From Eledone cirrhosa (lineage: Eukaryota): DNA of 64,000 nt. The notes under the pieces are model-generated. The model saw only the letters and a program-made list of their open reading frames with translations. It was not told where the DNA came from and searched no databases. Location: assembly GCA_964016885.1 (NCBI GenBank), contig OZ024741.1, positions 74,152,001 through 74,216,000 on the forward strand, written 5' to 3'. Of the stretch, positions 1-13,525 are shown piece after piece. Numbering within the stretch: position 1 is the stretch's first letter; each line of letters begins with the position of its first letter. Position numbers and translations under genes: made by a program.

Positions 1-135
1 ACTATTACACATCCAGCGGAGCATGCAAGCTTCGTTTCTCTCTAGTCTGCGTATATCCTCTGCACACAATGCCCAGGTCTCACTGCCATGCAACATTGCT
101 GTTCGTATGCAGGCATCGTACAGCCTGCCTTTCAT
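1..135 (-). mobile_element. RTE-clade LINE fragment, continuing off the window
   Basis: Reverse complement closely matches about 28820-28955 (MKGRLYDACIRTAMLHGSETW...). Ends in (TA)n. Confidence 0.85.
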
Positions 136-1334
136 ATATATATTTATATGTGTGTGTGTGTGTTAGCATTATGAAGGGCACCCAGCTGTAGAAACCAAGC
201 CAGAAACAGTTCTGTATGAGCAAGACATGGTCATCTGACCTGACTTGTCTCACAATGGGATAACTCATCTAACCCATGCTAGTGTGGAAAAATGGATGTT
301 AAATGATGATGATATATATGTATATATACATATACTTACACAGATATATGATGGCAAATATTAGTAATAACTTCGTAGAAAAAAACAAACGTGCAAACGA
401 CAGAAATAACCAAATAACAGAAATAACATATTTAAAAAGATTAGACTTTTACACTATTTCCTACTGATTACAATGAAACCCTAAACATTTCCTTACGTTC
501 CCTCCTCCTCCCACATACACTCTCTCACAAGAATCTTTATAATTCAAATATTTATCATAAATGATGCAAAAATGGAGAAAATGGTTTTATTTTTGTTAAT
601 GTTTGTCTATGGAAATAATAGTTTCTAATTTAGGCAGAAGATCAGCAATTTCAGGGTGGTGGTAGTGGTGGTGCAGAAAGTGAATTACATCATCAATTCC
701 TAGTACTTGATGGATACGTAATTTTATCAAGCCTGCAAATTTGACCTCGGCAGGATGTAAAGAGCCATAACAACAACAGTAATAATAATGGTTTCTGATG
801 TAGGTAGAAGGCCAACAATTTGGGGGTGGGGAAAGTTGATTATACTGACCCCAGTACTTTACTGATACTTTATTTTAAGGAGCCTGAGTGGATGAAAAGT
901 AAAGTTGACCGTGTCAGGGTTTGAACTAAAAATGTCAAGAGCCGGAACAAATATGGCAAAGTATTTGTTCAATTCTACCAATTATAACACATTTTACAAT
1001 TGGAGAAAAAACATGACATATCTCAATCGAATAATCTAAAATAATACTATATCAAGTGTTTTTAAGTCCACTTTCCTGCTAATTTAGGGGTTAACATTGT
1101 GGGCCCCATAATAGGCTTTATATTCACCAAGGGGTCCTTTTGGAGACATTGTTTTATGGCCAGATACCCTCTCTGGAGGTAAACCTTTTTGTTATCTCTT
1201 ACAATTTAAAGGGTTGACACCAGAAAGGGCACTTGTCTCCAATATTTTACAGCCACTGTTTCAAATATATTAAACTAATAGTATTTTTCATTCCAAATTT
1301 GAAAGAAGGAAAACAAAACAATCCATTATATCGA

Positions 1335-1586
1335 TTAACCCTTTTGATAACAAACCTTTAAAACTATCACTGGTTCTGTGATACAAAACTATTTGTTTGA
1401 AAGTATTTATATTTATCTAAAAACCTTCTTAATTTTATGTAAGAACCTTTAAGTTATGTTCCAAGCATCAGTTTGATAATGAGAAAATTATTTGACTAAA
1501 TCCTTTCAAATTCTTTATTATTTTCATACTTATTTGAAAATTATTGCCAGAGTCTTTCATTAAAAATATGGTAATGAAATGGTTAA
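1335..1586 (+). mobile_element. piggyBac-like MITE, abundant ~250 bp AT-rich family
   Basis: Termini TTAACCCTTTTG ... AAATGGTTAA (family consensus AAAGGGTTAA). Many further copies, e.g. near 8870, 20175, 24415, 37780, 39650, 43950, 49120, 51590, 57180-58301 and 60020-60913. Confidence 0.65.
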
Positions 1587-2104
1587 ACAATATTACTAAA
1601 ACAGTGAATATAAACAACAAACTTAGAAAACATGAATCATATTAAACACGACCAAATATATTTCAAACAGGTTCTATAGCTATCCATGGTTAGTATTAAT
1701 GCATAACATATATATATATATTGTGTTAGTAGTAATACTACATCAAATTGTAGTCTTCAAAACTACTACTATTACTACTACTACAGCTAATATATCACAC
1801 TGGGGGAAAACATACTAGATTATCCAATGATAATGCTTGCTTGCCAGTGAAATATCTACATAAAATTGTGCGTACTGCGCGAGACAAGGTTACCCACATA
1901 GTGGTTGCTATATCTACTAGTTAGAATATGTTATTTATAAAAAAATATGTATGTATATACAAACAAACACATAACATGGATTTTCTGGCAACACAACCTT
2001 TTAAAATCCGGACATAATTATGAGAAGTTTGAATTTCCTGTAACCCACCAGAGTAGTTTACTGGGTGGTCTTAGGTGGTTCTGTGTATAAATATGTATAT
2101 TTAT

Positions 2105-2135
<31 letters not shown>

Positions 2136-4797
2136 ATTACAATTATATATATATATACACACACACACACACATTATATACACTCAAATATAAGCTGACC
2201 CCCTATTTCTATGTCTGAGAAATAAGCAATGAAGTTTATATATAAAGCATGGCTTAGAATATAGTTTGTTTCATAACTTCATTATGTAATTATTTTCTTT
2301 TTACCAATTTCTAACGTTTTGAAGTATCAATTTTATGTTGAAATTGAAATTGGTGTAATATTCACTTCCAAAGTGAAAATATTTAAGCACCACATTTACA
2401 TAAAATTTTGAAGTTGTGGAAAATTGGCAAAATACTGACCTCGAATATATACTGAACCCTCATTTTACCAAAGATTTTTTTTGTCACATATTTCTCGGCT
2501 TATAAATGAGTGTGAATGTGTGTGTGTATATATATATACACACACATGCATGTTTGTGTTTGTATTACACTGCTAGTTATGAGACAAATTACGATCAACA
2601 GAAATATTATATGGATTAACTTTCTAAGTTTACTAATAACTGTCTTATGAAGGTTACTACTGAGATATGGTTTTGATGATGAGAGATCTAGTTGTTTGAT
2701 CAATAGAACAGTCTGCTCATGAAAAGAATGTGTAAATGGATGAGTATTCCATGGACAAATGTACCCATAATGTAATTCACAAGGAGAGTCAGCATGACAC
2801 AGTTTGCACTATGGTTGGCCTTATGTAGCTCAGCATTCCAAAAACACATATATCCCCACTGTAATTCACAGAGAGAGTCAGCCTAAGACATTGTCACATG
2901 GCTAACCTTTTGAATTACAGATACAGTAAACCTTGCATTGTAGTGAAAGATACATGTATTCTTAGAATAATTATGAATGGGGTTCAGCATGATGCAGTGT
3001 GTAAGCAGCAAGGTTGACCCTTTAAATTAAATGTAGAGTCAGTTCAACAAGTAGACCTGAGTCTATGGTAAATTATATTTACCCAGGATGCCATGCAGTG
3101 GAACTGAATCCAGGATTTTGTGTTTGTGAAGCAAATGTCTTAACCATTCACTCATGCCTGAATCCATTGAGATATAAAGCAAAAGAAAACACACACACAC
3201 AAATAAAACTCAAAATAATTTAACTATAGAATTCTGATTTCAATCTCACACCAAATATAAACATGGAAATATAGGTCATGTTTAGAATTATATTCATTTA
3301 AAACAAAGGATTGGTACTTTATTTTATACCCTACCTCCATAAGGATGAGAAGCAAGATGACCTAAGGGTGGGATTTGAATTTACAATGTAAAGAGATGTA
3401 TCTAAGGATTGCTGTTTAACATAAACACAAAGCCAATAGAGAGTGTTATAGTGGGCACATGAGACACCTGCATGGCTGAAAGGATGGCCTACTTGGTCTA
3501 GATGCATATGTTAGTCTAGCAGGCTATCCACGGGATCTGCAGCATATGGTGCCAGCACCACCACAACTTGACTCTGTCCACTCATAACATTGCCCTGCAT
3601 TTAGCAGTGATGCATTGCAGATGTTCAGAATCACATAATCCTAGAGACTTAAGCCACCTGAATCAATATGTTGTAGGACACACCATGGTATATCTATCCT
3701 TTGGTCATGTGGCTCATGAATGAGTGTGTACCATAGGGGTATGTTATGAATTAGTTGTTCTCAGGATTTCATAACGATATACATGGCTTTTAGTGTTGCC
3801 TTCAGGTTACCTTTGTGATTATTTCCAAAATTAACAGAAAATAGTGGGCAGTGTCTTTCATTAGAAATATGGTAATAAAAAGGGTTCAAATTTAAAGTCT
3901 GTTTTGAGCCTAGATGGGCCATCATGTCAGAGCTTATTCAGGTTTCATCGCATTTAAGCAAACAACTGAGAGTACAACCCCCACCCACCCCACATCTAGG
4001 ATGGGACACAAACCTGCCACAAAAATAATGGTAAACTACAAAAAAAGCAGGTTATGATATTTAGCTAGTGATAAAAACAAAACAAGAAATAAAAGAGCCA
4101 AATATATTTTTTAAAAACATTTTTCTTCTATTGCCATAAAATCTGAGCAGCATGCTCAAAATTTTCTGTTGCCGTATATACTCAAGTGTAGTGCAGGTTT
4201 TAGGATCAAATGTTTTGCCAAAAAAATGGGAATTGCACAATACACAGGTATTTATTTGAGGAATGTAGTATTCATATATTTACAGTGATTGTAATCTACC
4301 AGCTAGGCTTACTGTACATTCTCAATTTTTGGAAAATAAAGGAAAACAGATTAAAGCAACTAAACTTAAACAAACTATTGCAAATACCTTAGCAATGTAA
4401 ACATGTGTGAACAAAGTTGTACACAAATTTAAGGAAGGAAAAAAAATGTCATTACTTTTTCATTTCTGTAAGGTATTTGTTGTTTTTAAGTGGTATGTAT
4501 ACACAGTGAATGATAATTTATTCTTCATGTAGCAACTGAAGGAAAGAAACTATACTATGTAGGAGGCAAATCTAGTGCAAAGAAGCTTACTAGTATGGTT
4601 GCCAATGACCAATGCTATGAGCGATCTTCCTTCTATCAGGTGTTTTAAGTGATTTTTCTCAATATTTTTGGGGTGGGAGGTGATGTACAAAAACCAGGAA
4701 AACTAAAGAAAGTATAACATACAACTGAAAAATTTTAGCCAGATAATCTGGTTAATTACTGATATTTATTTGCTACATGAGTATTTAGGGTATAAAT

Positions 4798-4834
<37 letters not shown>

Positions 4835-4837
<3 letters not shown>

Positions 4838-5080
4838 CTAAAGTCTGTCTTAAGCCAGAGGCTCATTTGGCCGGTGCTTATCACGGTTTCATGGCGTGAA
4901 GGATGCCAGTCCATCGCAGGGTTAAACCCCCAGCTATTGCTGGTACTCATTTTCAGCTGAGTATACTGGAGCAACGTGAAATGAAGTGTTTTGCTCAAGA
5001 ACACAACACGCAATCCAGGAAGTGAACCCACAGCATTATGATCGTAAGTCCAACACCCTTACCACTAGGCCACGTGTCTC

Positions 5081-5083
<3 letters not shown>
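4835..5083 (-). mobile_element. tRNA-derived SINE inserted in (TA)n
   Basis: Minus-strand head GTGGCCTAGTGGTAAGG (A box) ... GGGTTCACTTCC (B box-like). Related copy at about 57950-58225. Confidence 0.75.
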
Positions 5084-5116
<33 letters not shown>

Positions 5117-6714
5117 CTAGTGCTGAAATGTTCCATCATGATTAACCTACAAATATTGTGCAAAAGCTTTGGTCACATTAAACATGAGCTCTATAAAATT
5201 TTTTTTTATTTTTTACCAATAAAATCAGAAATTATGCATGAAGCAGATTTATACCCGAGTATATACGGTATTTACAAAAAAAAAAAAAAAAAAAATGATA
5301 TCCTTTGATTCTTTTTCTTCAAAAAGAAAGAAAGAAAAAAATCAAAAGAAAGATTCTATACTTGTTAAATCAATCAGCACACATGAAATAAATCGCCACA
5401 TAGAAAGAAACAGGCAACTTTTGAATAATAATTTACAAATCTTGCTACATACTTAACATACATAATCAATCAATCAATCACCATTATCATCACACACATA
5501 CACATACACATGTGTTAAAGTGTGTTGTGTTTATTATTACATGTGAGTAATATACTTAATAAAGTTCACAACCTATAGATTTGATGAGCTCTTTTGAAAG
5601 TGTCGTTTATACGAGAAGATATATAACTAATACAACATGTACAAATTATAGCAATAATAATAAGAATAATAAGAATAATAATGACATAACACTTCACATA
5701 TCCAAAGCACAGAGAGCTGTGCTCAGTAATGCAGTAACAACATGCAATAAAAAATAGGATTAATAATAATAACAACCATAATTGCAATGTTGAGGACAAT
5801 TATGATAATGGAAATAGTTTGTTCACTGAACTACAAAACAAAGAATTTTTATTTGTTTTTTTAAGCTGTTTTTTTTTTTTCCAAATAAAGTTCATATGTT
5901 TGTATACTAAGAATATGAAAATAATGAATATTAGCGACTTTAATGACACGTTATCCCATTGGACCTGTTAGAAATAGCAGTGAAATCCCTCTCAAATTAC
6001 ACACACACACGCTCTAAAAGAAAGGAAGTACATAATCAATAGGATAAAGTAGTCTCAGATGCACAAAATGAGAGGATGGACATGGCTGGAACACCTTTGA
6101 TAATAAGTCTACTCATTCACGGCTGCCTTAGGCTATGCAGCAACAGACTTTCTCTATATTCTTTTCTCAGTTTCAGTCATTAAACTATTGTTATGTAGTG
6201 TGGGGAGCACTGGCATGAAGGGATTTATTTTTTATGCTTGATATTATTTATCTTTTACTGATCTCTTTTATTCAAACTGCTAATTTATGAGAAACAAGTT
6301 CCAGGAAATAAACAAGCTTAAACATAACATGGGCAAACACATCATTATCATCATTGTTTAATGCCCGTTTTCTCTGCTAAGAAAGGTTGGACGTGTTGTC
6401 ATAGACACAAGTGGAGCCACTGACTTCCAGGTGGGCTGGGATCCCAACATGTAATCCTGTGCTCTACCGAGTGCATTTTATTGTGGCACCAATACTAGGT
6501 AATTTGTATATATACAGCAGGCTTTCACAGTTTCCATCTACTGAATTACACTGACAAGGCATCAGTCAACCTGAGGCTATAGTAGACGAAACTTGTCCAA
6601 TGTGCTTAGCAATGGGTCTCAAACTGAAACCACTCAACCATGCTCCAATTCATTTCCTTCATCTTCCTGTAATTAGTGCCACCAGTCATTCATATATATA
6701 TATATATATATATA

Positions 6715-6899
6715 CGTTATTCCGGGTTGAATCGGAGGTAACCACAGTAAGTAAGGTACTCAATACATAGCAGAGTATAACAGTTTTAATATAGATGAGA
6801 TTCTACAGGACTAGAACTGTTTCATTCATTAGAAATCATTGATGATTTCTAATGAATGAAACAGTTCTAGTCCTGTAGAATCTCATCTATATTAAAACT
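6715..6899. mobile_element. Penelope-like fold-back relic with perfect 58-bp palindrome
   Basis: Arms 6782-6839 and 6842-6899 are exact reverse complements. The right arm has a hammerhead-like TGATGA-stem-GAAAC...GTC. Flanked by (TA)n. Confidence 0.65.
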
Positions 6900-7601
6900 A
6901 TATATATATATATAAAGTAGACATTATTTTTACTCTATCATGCAAAAATTTACTTCAAGTGCAAAGGTAACAATACATGAATATGGAGTAATATAGAAAG
7001 ACATCAATAAATTATGAATAATATCACTATATTCTTTAATTTAATGAATTAACAAAAAGAATATATATATATATATATATATATATAATGCAAAAAAAAA
7101 AAGACAAACCAAAAATGTCATTTTATTTTGTGCTCTGAAATTGTAACTATTTCTACTGATAGAAGTAATTTTGTTTAAAATGTTTCTTTCCTACTATAAG
7201 AATTATAAATTTTTAATGTCTTGTGATAATTTTCACTTTTAGAAAATGGTGACAAATATTTTGAGATGGAATAAAGTCATCATTAGCCCTAAATAAGATT
7301 AACCCAGTTCTTAGTTCTTTGAATAATGAATGGGCTATAAAGATAAGTAATTAGAGAAAAATATCAATAATGTGAAAAATTCTTCAGAAATAATTGTGAA
7401 TAAATCTAATTAATAATTTTTATCTCTATTTCAGTTAGGAAATTTAATGATATTCTGATATTTCTCAGGTAATAAAAAAAATGTTTGAACTTACAAAACA
7501 AATATTCAATACAGATGTAGAGTGAAATTGTTTACTACTCAGAGTTGTAACAGTAATTGCAGCACAATTTCTGTTTTATATAAATATATACACACACACA
7601 T

Positions 7602-7634
<33 letters not shown>

Positions 7635-7785
7635 ATGCACTCTATAAATGGGTTGGTTGTAGAAGCCATGCCAAAATTAGAAATTATGCGAGACATGACA
7701 CTTCTGGCCCATCTGGAGATACAGTAGCTGACCTGGTCTGTGACAACCAGTAAATGATACTGATAATGTGTCAGTATGTGTGTGT

Positions 7786-8323
7786 ATCATCATCATCATC
7801 ATCATCATCAACGTTTAACGTCCGTGTTCTACGCTTGCATGGGTTTGGACGGGGGTAGTCCCACTTGAGGCAAGAGTGATTGTCTTGCTCGCATAGGACT
7901 GTCTGGCAGGTTTTCTACAGTTGGATGCCCTTCCTAACACCAACCACATTTACAGTGTGGGTCTGGGAGGTTTTACCGTGTTGCCTACACAGCCACATTA
8001 CAGCGTGGACTGTGTGTTTTTTTGTCGTGACACCTACACGATCTCATTTGTTTCAGCCTGGATGGCGCGGCACCAACATAACTTTACATAGAACGGGGTG
8101 GTGTGGATGGGGTGGGGGTGGTGGTGAGACGGGGTGTATTTTGTTAGAGATGCCTACTGGCAAGGCGGGTCTTCTCTGATACTGAGTACCGCCAAAGGTC
8201 TCGGTCCAGTGACATTGTCTTGGAGAGGTGTAAGTGTGTGAGGTCGGAGTTTATCAGCTCGTCCCAGGTTTTTCTAGGTCTGCCTATTCCGTGGTTACCG
8301 TCTATCTTTATTGCCCTGCACTT

Positions 8324-8326
<3 letters not shown>
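7786..8326 (-). mobile_element. 5'-truncated RTE LINE (ORF end, 3' UTR and (TGA)n tail)
   Basis: Near-identical inverted copy of about 29085-29638. Encodes KCRAIKIDGNHGIGRPRKTWDELI. Confidence 0.92.
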
Positions 8327-8369
<43 letters not shown>

Positions 8370-10257
8370 TACATACACACACACAAACCTACAAATACAT
8401 AAAACATATATTTTGAAGTACACTTAATGATTGAGGTAGTTGACACCTCATACTTGCAAAGTAGCCTTCATATTGTGGCTAGTTTTGCTCCAAACACCTG
8501 CTTAATAATGAAAAATTTTATTGTCATCTAATAAACCACTTCAAATTCTTATTTTCGAAATAATTTGAAAATCATAAGCAGCATCTTTCATTAAAAATAT
8601 GTTAACAAAAGGATTAATCAATGATCCATTACATCAGGGCCTACCTGGAGCTAAAGTATCAAAAACTTCCTTAAAATATATATATAAAAAAAACATTTTT
8701 TCATGAGACTAAACTTGAGATGTTTTTCTGAATTAATGACAGACATCAGTAATTACTGAGGGATCTCTACTGAAACTATTTGTCAATTACTACAAATTAC
8801 TCTTTTATTGGTTTCGTATCTATGGCCAGCCTGGAGCACCACCATTACTAAGCACAAACAATTTATTTAACCTTTTTGTTACTAAATTTTTGATTAAAGA
8901 CACTGCATATGATTTTCAAGTAATTCTGAAGATAATAAAAAATGTCTTGTGATTTTGAAAATAACTAACATTCTCATTAATAAACAGGTGTTTAGACATA
9001 ACAAATGTTCTTACATAAAATTATGATTCAGTGTTTTTAGATAAATATAAATACTTAATACCAAACAGTTTTGTAATATAGAGCTGGGGACATTTTTTGG
9101 TGATTTGGTATCAAAACTGTCAAATGTTTCATATGTGATCAAACTGGAGCAACACTGTCATATACAAGCTAAATACATTGTTTTATTCTTTTACTGGTTC
9201 CAGCCATTTGATTGTGGTCATGCTGGGGAACTGTCTTCAAAGGATTTAGTCAATCATATTAACTTATAATTAAGTTTGGTACTTATTTTATTAATCTCTT
9301 AATTTAACTGCTAAATCACAGAACATAAAGTCACAAATGTAAACAAAGATACGGATACACACACACGTATATGTACATGACAGGCTTCTGCAGTTTCTGT
9401 CTCCTAAATTTCACTCAGAAAGCAATTGGTCAAACCAAAGTTATAGTGGAAAATACTTGGTTGTGAAGTGGACTCATTTATCATACAGCCATGCCTGCAT
9501 ATAATATCTATTTAAGTGATTTCATATCTGTAGTCATCATATATCACCAAAATCATATAAACCATCATGTGCCACCACCATATTCTACCATCATACAATA
9601 TCATTACCACATACTTCCATCATATACAAGCTAAATATGTACAAAATTTATTTAAATGGTTTCAATTTTATGAACTGGAACAATTTCTAGAGAAAGTAAC
9701 AAGCAAACATTTGATAAGTAAATATATTTTTACTGGATATATTTGATAAGTGTTAAACTATTAGGAGTAAAACGTGACTGTCATACCAGCCAAATTGACT
9801 ACAATTAAAGTTGCTCTTCTATTGCTGGTTTACTGCCTCCTACATTAACTCAAGTTGATGTTGTGCTACATAAATTTATCTCTTCCTGCTTATTTAAGAT
9901 TCTTTGTAAATATATTTTGTTTTTGTATTTGTTTTACAAGATTCTTGTTATTGTTGTATTTTGGTAGAGTCATGCTGACAATCAAAACACATGCACTGGT
10001 TAAAATTCATTTCAGTTTTCTTAATCACATAATCAATACACCAATCTGTGGCTTAATCAACTAATTAATTAATTGTCAAAGTCTTTTCCGTCAGTCAGTG
10101 GCCTTATTGATAGCTCTTGCCTTCTGAGTTTCTTCTTTGCCTATCTTTCCTGTTTGTGTTAGATGATTAAGCAACTAATTGATGAATTAATTACCTGATT
10201 AATTAGAAAACTTAAGTGAAACTCAACAAGTGCATGTGTTTTGATTGGCAAAATACA

Positions 10258-10329
<72 letters not shown>

Positions 10330-10414
10330 ATAATATTGCTAGAAATATATAATAAAACACACTCACTGTTTGGTTTGGGTTGGTTGAAACAGTATTTGAT
10401 TCAACACACAAATT

Positions 10415-10446
<32 letters not shown>

Positions 10447-10974
10447 ATTTCTATTACAGTAGTTTTCTTAAATAATTTAATTTATATAATGGTCTCCTAG
10501 CACAAAAGTAGTTTTTAAAAAATTAAAAAAGGCTATATTAAAAGATGCAAAGTAAATATGATTTATATAACGAGTAATGAGGAAAACAAATAAATGAACC
10601 CTAAAGAAATGAATCAATAAAAAAACCAGAAACAAGAAGAGAATATATTCACATTCAAATAGATAATGTAACAGGCAATGCTGGTGTTCCCCTCAAAACA
10701 TCTGCTGAGGCAAGCCAAGATACTTATGGCCTTACTATAGGTGAAAGTGAGGCTAAGATGCTAGAATAACCAAGCCGCCAACCCATGTACAGCAGCCAAC
10801 TTTTTTCTATTGATTTGATTCTTTTGTAAATCCTTTATTTATTTTACATTTTCATTATATAAATTGTATTTACTTAAATAAACAAATATCATGATGACAA
10901 AAGAAAAAGAAATAAAAGAAAGGTGGGAGAGAAACTCCCTTGTCTGGATGGTATATCTCAGCTGTCATGCAGAC

Positions 10975-11140
10975 AAGGCAGTGAAAGCATTGCCACAGAG
11001 AGTAGCCAGTGATACCTGCTGCATCAGCCATTCAACCTTGTAGGGATCCTTGCTGAGGTGTGATGCCCTCGTCATAATTTGGCGGAAGAAAATAGTAGTT
11101 CAAGGACCAAGGACACTGGAGGTTCTAATAGCAAGATAAA
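10975..11140 (-). mobile_element. CRE-like non-LTR retrotransposon C-terminal relic
   Basis: Translates LAIRTSSVLGP*...DPYKVEWLMQQVSLATLCGNAF, resembling the AVETxG..GP...WLxQRxSLAxxRGNA tail of CRE-type restriction-like endonuclease elements. Confidence 0.55.
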
Positions 11141-12749
11141 CTAATTATAAATTTAGAAAGTGAAAACTCTAATCAATAACTAACTATATTTAAAAAAAAA
11201 TATTCAGAACAGTATTATGTAAATAAGAATCGACATAGCAGAATTATATTTCCTGTAAAATTCTAAATAATATCATGAAATTTTATTCCCATGAATTCAT
11301 CACAAATTTGGTGATTTAAAAGTTGAGTACTTGGGAATTTTGATTGAAACAGAATTTAACTGCTGCAGAGAAACATGAAAGGATTGCTAATAATTATGTA
11401 AAAAGCATGATTGTCATTTGTTAGGTTGATTTTGTTTTATTAATTGCTTAGTCAGAGATGGAGGGTGCCTTCAAAACTGGTGGTGGAAGGGAAGAAGAAA
11501 GTACAAATTATGTATTATCCTTAGGCAGGAAACCTGGTCTGAATGCTTACAACATAGTGGACTCTACTAAAGTTACACAAGAACCAGGTTGTGGTGATGT
11601 ACAATGTAACAAATCTAGTTCTGCACCACTACCACTACAAAGGAACAGGTACAGTCCATCCAATAGGCTTTCACACAGATGTCAACCCAATTTCACTTAA
11701 TGTTTGTTGGATGTCAACCCAAGGGTAGAAGACACTTGCCATAGGTGGCCTTCTGACAATGGGATAAAAAACCTGGTACTATCATGTGATTTGCAAATTG
11801 AACTTCTGCACCACAAGGCCAAGTCTATCTATTGCACTCCATGGGCTACAGTGGAGAAAATTGAAAGGCATAGTGAAAAGAATATAGAAAGAGATAATAT
11901 AGAGGTTATCATACAGGTTAAAAAGTAGTGACAACATACATCCAGTGAAGAAAACAGGTTAGCATCCTTATACACTGAAAGTTATAAAGATGTTACTTAT
12001 TCAAATACAAGATCAAGGCATATATGTTTTCATATATTTGAAGAGTATTTTTTTTTCTTCAGTTATACAAATAAAGACACTTATGAGTTGACAAGCTCTT
12101 AACATCCTGTAATGAGTTAGCAGAAAATATCTAAAGACACGTTTGTCAATTCAAATATTTGCAGTATTTTTTTAAATTTTTTTTTATATTAGTGGACAGA
12201 TCGTTGTGAAAGTTTGCAGTATTAAGTTAAAGAATTTAGTTTCTAATGTGATGCAGTCATAGGAGTATTGTGTACTTTTCAAACATTGTCTTGCTAATGT
12301 GGTACAGGATATTAAGTGTTGGCTAATTAATTGAACATTGAAACATCAGTTCTCTGGTCTTACTTCGGTAAACTTCAATGGTTGTATTTGTAATTTCATT
12401 CTGGCCTTAAATATTCTTACACATTCTTACAGATCAATAAAATACCTACAGAATAATAATGAAAGTGATTTTTATATTTACATTTTCTGATAGATTCTAG
12501 AAATGGTATCAATAATTGTAGTCTATTCTGACTGATAGAATTTTGGAAGTGAATCGAAGCTAGGAGCTACCTTTAAAAATTCTTATATATATGTGTGTGT
12601 ATGCATGTCTGTGCATGGGAATAAGTGTCTATGTGTATATACGTATATATATAAATATGTATATGTACATGTATGTGTGTGTATAAGTTATTTGAAATAT
12701 ATTCAAATTTTAAATTTGTTTTAAACAATTAAGCAATAAAATTGATATT

Positions 12750-12783
<34 letters not shown>

Positions 12784-12784
12784 C

Positions 12785-12818
<34 letters not shown>

Positions 12819-13015
12819 AGATGGAATGGCATAAAATCTTTGAGGATGATTTTAAAAAAAATGTTTGTCAAGAATATATTGACTAAAAATAGATTGATTG
12901 TATGATAATATTATTAATATTATCATTTCTTTATCATGAAATTATTGAAACATTTAAAAAAAATGAATTTGTTATCACAAAATAATTTTAAAAAAATCAA
13001 GAAAAAATATCAAGT

Positions 13016-13089
<74 letters not shown>

Positions 13090-13269
13090 ATCACATATAT
13101 ATATACACACATAAATATATGTATACATTATATTTCCACACACACATTTATATACACATTGTATGAATGTGTGTGTGTATATATATATATAAAGAAAGCT
13201 GTACGAAATTTTTCGGAAAGTTATTGAAAATTAAACTTCCCATTACATTAAAACATACATGATTACATA

Positions 13270-13334
<65 letters not shown>

Positions 13335-13383
13335 GTATATATATATATATATACACACAACATGCATATGAATATGTATGGGG

Positions 13384-13416
<33 letters not shown>

Positions 13417-13487
13417 CAATATACGTATATGTACACACACATAGACATATATATATTATATATTTATATATATATTATATATACATG

Positions 13488-13525
<38 letters not shown>

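Noticed and set aside
5000-5083. tRNA gene
   Set aside because: The A and B boxes run straight into a SINE body, and no complete cloverleaf can be formed.
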